Source of the DNA: Ylistrum balloti
Taxonomy: Eukaryota
Length of the DNA stretch: 64,000 nucleotides
Assembly: GCF_031769215.1 (NCBI RefSeq)
Contig: NW_026782003.1
Coordinates: 1,488,001-1,552,000 of the forward strand
Reading direction: 5' to 3'
Shown here: in pieces, positions 39,951-51,400 of the stretch
Layout of the letters: the number at the start of each line of letters is the position of its first letter
Numbering within the stretch: position 1 is the first letter of the stretch
Notes under the pieces: generated by a model
What the model was told of the DNA's origin: nothing
The model's input: only the letters and a program-made list of their open reading frames with translations
Database searches by the model: none
Translations under genes and position numbers: made by a program

Positions 39951-42750
39951 CCTTCACGATACATGTATATTTTGAATATGTAGAAAATACCTTGTCGCTG
40001 CTATTTTTTTCTTTACGGTTTTGAAGCACAATATGATCAGCTCGACAAAAAACCTTAAAATCGATTGCCATTAAAGTACATTGTACATTTTCAGACTAAT
40101 AATCATGTTTAATCTTAACCATTCTGACATTTTAATCGAGACTTCTGACTTGATAAGGAGTGTCATATCGTTAAACGGTGAAATTCCTCACGATACAATG
40201 CATGGAATACTAAGAAAGGCAAGTTTTCACACGCATACTTCCCGGAACTGAGTTGCTTGATGCAAAAACTCCTACAACGTCAAGGGGAGGTAATCACACT
40301 GTAATCAAGCCAAAGGTAATCAAACTTCTGTCAATTTTCTTACACCACATGGACAACCTCATACTCTTTTTGTCTCGGTTATATATTCTATTGTGTAATG
40401 TGATAACGTTATACGTTTCTGAAGGGATGAACATAGTCTATCGGATGACATTATACAGTCATAAAACGTTATTTTATCAATATTGTGACAGGGGTCAGGA
40501 AATGAAATTGGTTTACACAATTTATTACACGTGGGCGAGGTTCAGACGAGAATGTCAATCACAATTACTTTACCTTGATATTTCTTGTTTATAACACGTG
40601 CAGATCGATCACATCCACCTTCAATTGCACCCGAGTTCATCTGTGATTTCCTGTTACAAAGTGAAAGTAGTTTCTACTCCTCAAGTTTAAAATATCTTCA
40701 CTGAAGCGTACCGTTCGTGTTGGAGTCAAGCGTCTTTGTGCACAGTTGTGCCATGCGCTATCCTACCATATCACATTACATAGCTTTTTGTGAAAAATAT
40801 ATGTCAATATGGTTACATCTACCTGTATGAGTAATCCCAACTTTGATTCGAGAATACTTAACGCAGGGCTTTTTAGAGGCGAAATTTTATTTCATTTTCT
40901 AGATTTTTAAATGTCGTTGATTTTTTCATTGACTGTCTCCTGTAACACCTGTCTTTAAATGACTTGATGTTGTCAGGCAAGTAAACTCTGATCAAACAAA
41001 TTAGCAACTTCAATAAGTATAACTTCTGGCTATATTACCTAGAAAATGAAACCAACTCCCTTCTACGATTACACTTTGAGAGTGATATATAGATCAACCG
41101 TACAGGTTGGATATAGAGAAAGGAGTGAAGCTTACTATGGCCTGATGTGGAGATTCCCCGTGCAAGACTGTTAATTCAATTTTGTGAGATCGCCGATTTC
41201 AGGAACATGATTGCCCAAAATAAACCTATGTACAGCAGCATTGGGATATTTTACTTATACTTGATATACATTGTTCCTTTCTTACCCTCATCTTACGTTC
41301 GTCTTTCTTATGGTGATTACTTTTCCAGACTTTGATAAAATACTTAGTTTCAAACGAGCTAGCGGTAAAAGGACTGATTAGTTCGGATTGATTGTCATTC
41401 TATCTTCCTGTAGAATAGGAGATTCACGGAAAGAGACAGGTGATCAAGAACTAATACGATAGGGAGAAAAATATTGGAAATTTTACATCATGTAATATGT
41501 ATAAAGTAATTGTGAGAGTAAATACTAATTAAGGAATAAAAACTGCACTACAGAAATTCTTCAGTGATAAAGGATGATGTTGTTGATGAAAATCGGAAGT
41601 GGACAACTTGAAAGATATGGTACAATACATGTTTACATCGGGAAACTATGGCGCTGATAATGTAAGAAATGAAGAATATCTTATCACACAACTAACCCGG
41701 ACAACTCGATATAGGACACAAGTCGCTTTCCAGAAAAGGAGTGCTGATCGTCTGTTCGAATATCTACAAATATCTACTAGACCTCCATACCTTATTGCAT
41801 AGTTCGACAAAAGTAATCAATGATTGGCATATCGTCAATGCAAAAACTAGACACCCAACACAACGAAACCTTTAGTTTCTTGTTTCGCCAAGGGCACAAA
41901 ATGTCAAACCAAACAGGATGCATGTCATTGAAAAAGTAGAAAGCAGAATCAGGAAGGGGGAGTGACTTTGGCCTTTGAAAATATATCACGTTCATGTCCC
42001 TGTCATTTTCGACATTCCTACCAAGGTTGTATACTGTAACATTGATTATATGACTTAATACTTGTTTGAAACCACCATCGTGTAGTTCTTTAACTAAATT
42101 GTTATATTACCAGGTGTGTAAACCTTCTCACTCATTTGGACATTACCAATTTAGCATTAGACACAGTATATATTATACAGTGATATACTGTATCATACGG
42201 CTTCTTGGCCCCTTTAGGACTCATCAAATATGCAATCAAAGTGTGGAAAGACAGAAGAGGAGACTCGAACATACCAAAGACCCAAACAAAGGACTGCATA
42301 TATGTAACAGTACACTTCCTCATAATTTGAAGAAAACATATCTGAATCGGTGATATGGTAACAGCAGAAATTTGAAAAATCTCAATCTCCCTTTTAGCAA
42401 AATACCAAACGCATTTTATTTTCAGCGACTCAAAAGGTACCTTTCGTTGTCTGGAAGAAACTACCTTACAATTTATATATAAAACAACAATTAACTTCAT
42501 AAATATTCTTAATTTTTTTTATAAGTGTTGCTCTTTATTACGTTGTGGAAGAATACTTTGTAGTTCCACTACGTCAGGGATAACTGTTAGTTGGCCATTC
42601 TGTTTTATTGATCTCCAGAAATAACGACAACAATTGTTGAAGGACGGGCGGACAACATGCTACAAATACAATACTATTGTACAGTCCACCACAATATGCT
42701 AAAAAAAGTATCACAGGCCCTATTATGCATGTCACATATTATAGTTTGAA

Positions 42751-42995
42751 CAGAGACGTATATATACGTCTCTGGTTTAAATGAACTCAAGCATGTCGTG
42801 GACTCGTACATACCAGTGTATTTATTTTTATCATATTCTTGATTTTATATAATGGTGTTCGCCTCCACAATATTTATTTTCTTCAAGCATTCAAAACAAA
42901 TCAAATTAAAATATTTATATTTGCACTTTTCATTTAGTTAATATTTCTGTTTTCCTTCCTATTTGCAGGGACGTATATGTCATGTACGTCCCTGC
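42751..42995. other. Pair of related hairpins: perfect 24-bp palindrome cagagacgtatatatacgtctctg (42751-42774) and 11-bp stem gcagggacgta-(9)-tacgtccctgc (42965-42995)
   Basis: Direct reading. The arms share CAGrGACGTA. Confidence 0.8.
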
Positions 42996-44109
42996 TATTT
43001 GAGATTGGCGCCGTTTATTAAATCTAGTCCGGAAGTAGAAATTTTAACTTTACGAGGCAACTTTTCTTTGGGCGAGTTAACGAATCTCGGGACTATTTGA
43101 CCATATTCAAAACAATATTTTTTATATGTATATTTTTGTGCATTTAACTGATGATTTTTATCAAACTACTTTTGATTGTAACTACACATAATTTAGTATT
43201 TTTTACAATAAATATTCTTATTTTTAATAAACAATTCCTCATTTAAAGTGTCGCCGAGATGTACCGGTAGACTACTTTCCTCGGAGTGTGACATGCAATT
43301 GCCTTCGTTGTGATCACTTATACGTTCAATGTCTCGAGTACAAAACATACCGAGATTGATATAAAGCATTTTTGATATTTTACTCACCATCTTCCATACA
43401 ACATCTTGGGATGGTTTTTTTGTTTGTCGGCGTCCATCGACCGAAGGGATTATGGAGACACCCTAAATTTGACCGCTCTCTATTTAGATTTATAACTTTG
43501 TATTTGTTTTATGTTCTATGTATGTGATGCAATTTATGTAATATTTGTGTCTTAATAAAAGGTCAGGTTGCCTCGAAAATTTGACAATGCGCAATACCCA
43601 ATATATAAAGAGAAATATCAATAATGTAAGAAATGATGTTATTTATTGGAATTTATTACATGACATGAGACCAATTTATAAAAAAAAAAAAAAAATAATA
43701 ATAAAAAATAGATTATATCGAGCAATAAGTTTTCTACCAACTCTGTCCTAATACTTACATAATTTTCACATATTTTTTTCTAATATGTAATACTGATACC
43801 TAAAAAAGTCCGACCATAACAAAAAAAGAGACCATACAAATACATATTAAGAGATAACCCTTCAACAACCACTACAGGTTTCTTTGTTTCTAAGGTATCA
43901 CATAGTTATACCAATAGTTATCTGCAAAGGATTTAACATAGTGAGAAATAGAATACCCCTAGAAAATACTGAACAATACAAACTTCACTAGCCTAATGCC
44001 TTAGGAAAGAAAACTTAATGAAGGACTACGTATATATATAAATAAAATGCAGGGAACATTCAATTCAATACAGTTCAGGAGTTTTTCAATATTGGTCAGA
44101 GAGCAGTAA

Positions 44110-44450
44110 TCGGTGAATTCTAATATGTGGAATGTATAACCCTTTACTGTTATTTATGTCTATCTGTACTTAGTAAAGCTCTGCTTCAATGGGATGGTTT
44201 GCCGGAAATTGATGTAGAACACTATATGGTGAGTTTTAATACCTGGAATGTGTAACCCTTTACTGTTATATATGTCTACCTGTACTTTGTAAAGCTCTGC
44301 TTCAATGGGATGGTTTGCCCGAAATTGATGTAGAACTCTATATGGTGAATTTTAATACCTAGAATGTACAACCCTTTACTGTTATTTATGACTACCTGTA
44401 CTTAGTAAAGCTCTACTTCAATGAGATGGTTTGCCAGAAATCGATGTAGC
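44110..44450. repeat. 116-bp tandem repeat, 3 copies
   Basis: ccctttactg at 44140, 44256, 44372. Confidence 0.92.
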
Positions 44451-44964
44451 ATGCATCTGAAAGTTTGTTCTATTTCTCATTTATGTCGTATTGTAGTCAA
44501 TACATTTAATATTGAACAATTCTCTCCATAGAAATTTTGATTAACTTCCTTCAGTTACATAAACATGATAAAAATAAAAATTTCCCCATGATTGCAGAGA
44601 GTTCCTATAGATCTATGAAATATATCATTATAACAATGATAATGAGTGATCAACTATGCAACATTCAAATGACAATGAACTCTACAATAGAACATGTTTA
44701 TAAAATCTTCAGCATTTACCTAGCATGTCTTCATTCAAAATGTGGGACTTCAGTCAACGTTTATAAACAGAATCAGTAGAAAACATTAATCTTGATAACT
44801 GGCTATAAAATATGGACATACAACAATAAGCAGTGATGTTTACATTTCAACAATTAAGTCACAACGATACATTTTATACTAGGTGTAGGTGGTGCATTCG
44901 ATGGCAACACTGAAAAGGACGGATGTAGGATTATACTTTGCATATGGTATTACTAATCAGATCT

Positions 44965-45405
44965 TGTCAGAGCACTCAGTAGAATAATGTCAGGATACAG
45001 CTTGAAGCTGAATATAATCCCTCTCAGATCATGTGAGAGCACTCGGTAATGAGACTGAAGGCACAATTTAGCTCAAAGCTAAATATGACCTCTTCAGATT
45101 TGGTTTGAGCACTCGGTAATGAGACTGATTGCATGATTCAGCTCAAAGCTAAATATAACCGTCCTCATATCAGGTTTTAGCTCCCAGGAAGGAGACTGAA
45201 GGCACAATTTAGCTCAAAACTAAATATGACACCTCAGCGTAGGTTTGAGCATTCAGTAACGAGACTGATGGCATGGTTTGGTTCAAAGCTAAATAAAAAC
45301 CCTCCTTACATCTGGTTAGAGCACTCGGTAATAAGACTGATGGCATGTATCAGCTTAAAGCTAAATATGACCTTCTCAGATCTGGTTAGAGCACTCTGCA
45401 GTAAG
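44965..45405 (-). repeat. ~70-bp tandem repeat (~6 copies) overlapping the CCDC138 stop codon and 3' UTR
   Basis: gagactga at about 45052, 45121, 45192, 45261, 45333. The first unit on the minus strand is the coding end cttactgcagagtgctctaaccagatctga. Confidence 0.9.
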
Positions 45406-48400
45406 ATTGAAGAGTATAGACTTGAGATTGAGGGCTAGGAAAGCCTGATCCGTAGCACAGCCCCGTAGTAGTTCTTGTATGATGGCTACTATCGTGTACA
45501 CTTCAAAGTACTTCCTATTGGACCTGGAAGTAAAATCAAGTCACTAATGTAGTTGAAGACTGATATTCAGCGAAAAAACAACAAGAAGGGATTATATTTC
45601 CTACTAAAGATGAATTTACATTTTGAAGTTTTTCAGAGTAACACGAACATTGGGCTAATATGAACAGTGTTATGGAAGGAGAGAAAAAAGCTTAGTCTAA
45701 TGTTTCCTGGTATACAGTATATCTTTGGATTGCTTCAAAAATAATTGACCTTTAAGTAATGTAAGTCAAACGTAACACTTTCTGTTGTTAAAACAACAAA
45801 ATATGGATAAGAAAGAGGTGACTCACTTCATTTTGGAGAGTTTCTGTAGGATAACACTGAGCTTTTCTAGAACTTTGTAATCTTGACTGGGGGCTCGCAG
45901 GACCATGGCAATCGTCCTGAACCATGTCTCATTACTACATCCTTCGAGAAAGGACTGCTGGAAAGGTGAGTCTGATGACATCTGTAGGAATATGTCCATG
46001 GCTGCACCCATGAATGCCTGTAAATAACACAACGATATATATTTGTAGTAAGACAACATACTGTAAAATGTTTACTGTGGTTCAATGGTTTATTTTTGAT
46101 ATATGACCTATTAACAGTCAATATCATTTAAGGATGTGCCAGGTATGGATGGTACCTGGTAACTTCCCCACATAGGCATTGAAGCTGCAACCCAGAGGTG
46201 GAGGACTAATGATAAAGACAGTCAGACACCTTAACCACTTGACCATAGTGCCACAATCCTCTACAAAGTAATCAGGAAGGTATATTTTTATATGCCATAA
46301 TCAGTATTTTCAAATGTGAAAGTCAAATGAGAATTTTTACCCATTAAGGACCAAAATAACGAGGTATTTTGCAATATACAGTCACATATATAGATATATT
46401 TTCTTGTCATAAAGTCTGTTTTAATAGCATAGTTTCAACAAAACTATGTTTGGAGTAATGTAATTTACAATGAAACATATATAGAAAGATTACCTTATTG
46501 ACAGGTTTGAGGTACAAAAGGATGACTGGAGTCGCATGGTAGTATAAATATAGCTCCTTAGCAATGTCTGATTTTAGGTCGTTCCTCAGTACATCAAACA
46601 CGTGGGCTAGTAGGTCAACTGTACGAAAATCACGTAAAAATATCTGTAAGGTTTTATCAAAATCCTTAATCAGTACAATGAAGTCTATTTTTTAATCTGG
46701 AGTAGCCTTTTTACACTTCTGATCTCTAGATAGCACATCTTTATCATTGTTCAAGCACTGCTTCTTTAGCCACAAATGTGAACATTTAGAATAAATAGTC
46801 AAAGATAGTAACTGTTGACGTAACATGGTATGAGATCATTTGAACTGCTGACCAGGTCAGCTAGCTGAAACCTGAGATCAACAGTGAAATAAAATCAACA
46901 TATCAATATGTATATGTGGGACCAACTGGCACACTTCCTGGTGTGTTTAAAGACATTTATAAAGCACAGAATAGTGAGATAAGGTGAATCAAAATAATAA
47001 ATATGCAAAATGATTTTCCTGTGTTGATTGTGGACTATACATTTACTATTTGTATTAATAATGTTGCAGGGATTCTAGATATGCTATTCCATCTTTGAAT
47101 GAACTTATCAGAGATTGATTGGCTTCAAATAATGATTTAACATTTTATAGTTTCAAACTTGAGAAGCTGGTTGCCATACCTTGACTAAGGGTCTTCAAAA
47201 TGATGAGAGAGGACAGAATTCGTACATGAAGGTTAGTACTCCTGAAGTACACAGCATCTTTGCTTTTGTCTGGTTTGTTCAGAAAAGATGGCGTGCTGTC
47301 AGACATCTTATCTGTGTCAGAGAATCGCACTGTCTTTGCACGGTACATCTCTTCTCCAAGTCTTCGTAATGTTGAGGATAGACTGGACTTCTAAAAAGCA
47401 GGTAAACAGGGAGAACACATTATATATCATTCCTTTGGGATTCTTTACTAAAGAACAGGTCCAACTTTCAAAAGGTCTATGATACATATCTAAAACTAGT
47501 TTTTCACTCTGATTTTATTAAATTTACTCCTTTTCTCCAAATAAAGATAAAGATAAAACTCCACATTCACATAACTGTAACTTGATCAGAACTTTTCTAA
47601 GGAGAAGGCAGTGATATGTATGTACAGTATATTATTACAATATCTTCAGGCATATAGATCATATATATGCCCAAAATATTAAGTAAGTCTGTTGCTGTGA
47701 GCCTGGTCAATGTTTCATAAGTTTATCACCATGAGCCTGGCCTGTGTTCTATAAGTTTGTTACCTGTGAGGCTGGTCTGTGATCTATAATTTTGTTACCT
47801 GTGAGTCTGATTCCATGTTCTGTAAGTTTGTTACCTGTGAGCCAGATTGCATGTTCTGTAAGTTTGTTACCTGTGAGTCTGATTCCATGTTCTGTAAGAT
47901 TGTTACCTGTGAGTCTGATTCCATGTTCTGTAAGACTGTTACCCGTGAATCTGATTCCATGTTCTGTAAGACTGTTACCCGTGAATCTGATTCCATGTTC
48001 TGTAAGATTGTTACCTGTGAGTCTTATTCCATGTTCTGTAAGATTGTTACCTGTGAATCTGATTCCATGTTCTGTATGATTGTTACCTGTGAGTCTTATT
48101 CCATGTTCTGTGAGTTTGTTACCTGTAAATCTGATTCCATGTTCTGTAAGATTGTTACCTGTGAGCCTGATTCCATGTTCTGTAAGTTTGTTACCTGTGA
48201 GCCAGATTCCATGTTCTGTAAGTTTGTTACCTGTGAGCCAGATTCCATGTTCTGTAAGTTTGTTACCTGTGAGTCTGATTCCATGTTCTGTGAGATTGTT
48301 ACCTGTGAGCCAGATTCCATGTTCTGTAAGTTTGTTACCTGTAAGTCTGATTCCATGTTCTGTAAGATTGTTACCTGTGAGCCTGATTCCATGTTCTGTA

Positions 48401-51400
48401 AGTTTGTTACTTGTGAGTCTGATTCCATGTTCTGTAAGTCTGTGAGTTTGTTACCTGTAAATCTGATTCCTTGTTATGTAAGTTTGTTACCTGTGAGTCT
48501 GATTCCATGTTCTGTAAGTTTGTTACCTGTGAGTCTGATTCCATGTTCTGTAAGTTTGTTACCTGTGAGTCTGATTCCATGTTCTGTAAGTCTGTGAGTT
48601 TGTTACCTGTAAGTCTGATTCCATGTTCTGTAAGATTGTTACCTGTGAGCCTGATTCCATGTTCTGTAAGTTTGTTACCTGTGAGCCAGATTGCATGTTC
48701 TGTAAGTTTGTTACCTGTGAGCCAGATTCCATGTTCTGTAAGTTTGTTACCTGTGAGTCTGATTCCATGTTCTGTGAGATTGTTACCTGTGAGCCAGATT
48801 CCATGTTCTGTAAGTTTGTTACCTGTAAGTCTGATTCCATGTTCTGTAAGATTGTTACCTGTGAGTCTGATTCCATGTTCTGTGAGTTTGTTACCTGTGA
48901 GTCTGATTCCATGTTCTGTAAGTTTGTTACCTGTGAGTCTGATTCCATGTTCTGTGAGATTGTTACCTGTGAGCCAGATTCCATGTTCTGTAAGTTTGTT
49001 ACCTGTAAGTCTGATTCCATGTTCTGTAAGATTGTTACCTGTGAGCCTGATTCCTTGTTATGTAAGTTTGTTACTTGTGAGTCTGATTCCATGTTCTGTA
49101 AGTCTGTGAGTTTGCTACCTGTAAATCTGATTCCTTGTTATGTAAGTTTGTTACCTGTGTGAGTTCTGTAAGTTTGTTACCTGTTCTGATTCCATGTTCT
49201 GTAAGTTTGTTACCTGTGAGTCTGATTCCATGTTCTGTAAGTCTGTCTGTGAGTTTGTTACCTGTGAGCTGATTCCATCTGATTCCTTGTTATGTAAGTT
49301 TGTTACCTGTGAGTCTGATTCCATGTTCTGTAAGTTTGTTACCTGTGAGTCTGATTCCATGTTCTGTAAGTCTGTGAGTTTGTTACCTGTAAATCTGATT
49401 CCTTGTTATGTAAGATTGTTACCTGTGAATCTAATTCCACGTTCTGTTTGATTGTTACCTGTGAGCCTGATTCCATGTTCTGTGAGTTTGTTACCCATGA
49501 GCATGATTCCATGTTCTATAACTCTTTTACCTTTAAGCTTGGCCCATATTCTGTGAGTTTGTTATCTGTGAGCTTGACCCATATTCTGTGAGTTTGTTAC
49601 CTGTGAGCTTGGCCCATATTCTGGGAGTTTGTTACCTATAAGCTTGGCCCATATTCTGAGTTTGTTACCTGTGAGCTTGGCCCATATTCTGTGAGTTTGT
49701 TACCTGTGAGCTTGGCCTATATTCTGTGAGTTTGTTACCTGTGAGCCTGGTCCATGTTCTATGTGTACAAGTGACCAATAGATGAACTGTATACATGGCA
49801 GACTGATTCGGAGATTCTGTCCTGGAAACTCTCGCAATAAATCGACAGAAGACGGTAATATCTACAAAACACACAAACTCTTTTATAACAAATTTGATAT
49901 GTCATCTACTTTAAGACTTTTCTCTACATGTTGATTGGTTCCTTATCTCTATAGTCTTTACAATAATAGTTCAACCTCACATATTTAATTTATATACTCT
50001 ATGACAAGTAATGTTTGTTGGTGTTACATGTTAATTTTGTTCATACTTAGTTGTGATATTCTTAGGCTAATAACAATGAATAATTGGATTCTCATGAAGT
50101 GGTAGTTAATTCTGGACTAATGCTTATTATATTTATGATTCAAAGTCAGGCCTGACTCTCTTCAAAATCTACCATATAAAGACCTTTGTATTCATAACTT
50201 AATCAACTGTCAGACCAAAGTAATCTGATAAGTCAATGATAAGGTTGTAAGTATGAATGTCTTTGGAAACAAATCAAAACCTGGCTATCCACTTACCTTT
50301 AGTACTTTCTCCTGGACATATTCGGGGGCAAAATAGCGGTCAGCAGGGCGAGAAGATTGGTCAGTAAAAGTGTATCGCAGGTGAGCATCACATATCCAAT
50401 CTAACAGTACTCCCATCACATCAAACGTGTACACTGGCAAAGTTACCTATCACAGAAAATTCATTGTGGCTTCACTAATCAAGTCACATGGATCCGGGGA
50501 TAATATATATTTACACAGAACAACTCTTGTTGTTTACATGTAACTACAGGTAACAATGTGATGTACCTAACAACAGGGCATTGTCTCATGCTACACCCAC
50601 ACAGCTTCAGGGCCTGGTCACATACTACACCTAAATAACTTCTCAGGGCCAGGTCTAATGTCATACCTACATAATTTCAAGGCCTTGTCTAATGCCACGC
50701 TTACACAGCTTCAGAGTCTGGGTCATACTACACCTACATAGCTTCTCAGGACCTGGTCTATAGCCACACCTACAAGGCCTGGTCTCATGCCACACCAACA
50801 TAACTTCCCAGGGCCTGGTCTATAGCCACACCTACATAACTTCTCAGGGCCTGGTCTATAGCCTCACCTACAAGGCCTGGTCTCATGCCACACCTACATA
50901 ACTTCCCAGGGCCTGGTCTTTAGCCACACCTACATAACTTCTCAGGGCCTGGTCTATAGCCTCATCTACAAGGCCTGGTCTCATGCCAAACCTACCTTTG
51001 GTTGCTTGGATGATTTAGACTTTTCCTCAACATCTTTCTGTGGTTTCTGTTTTGGTACAGCTAGTGCCAAGTCTTTCTGACGTTCTGCAAATTCTTGTTT
51101 TCTCTGAAACAACCAATTGTGAAATTAAAGACAAATAAGCAGCTCCTGTACTGACCTATAATATCCAAATGGGAACCACATTGTCTGTCATTATACCTCA
51201 CCTTTGTAAAAATAAATGCTTAATGAAGAAGCATAAATTGACAGGAATATTAAACATTTCCATACGGCATGTGATGCGGTGTTGATACTCCATCACATTC
51301 TGCTGGGAAAGTGATGTTGCAAAATGAAAGATATTTACTTTGATGCAGTTTCACAAAACATTGATGCACAAACTGTCAAAAGTACAACTGTTTCAGTGAA

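Noticed and set aside
40000-42500. Short ORFs (40253, 41599, 41792, 42066, 42132) as a transposase or pseudogene
   Set aside because: No recognisable motif or consistent frame could be assembled by eye. A translated search is needed.
43381-43430. Minus-strand ATG|gtgagt as the first exon of HSPA12-B
   Set aside because: Phase-compatible, but one of many possible donors over 4 kb. It cannot be supported without transcripts.
47779-49591. Long ORFs (up to 272 aa) with CESDSMFCKFVT, MESDSQVTNLQN or LLPVSLIPCSVS repeats
   Set aside because: They are open in many frames on both strands only because the 36-bp unit lacks stops. They lie in a CCDC138 intron and are not joined in frame to the exon.
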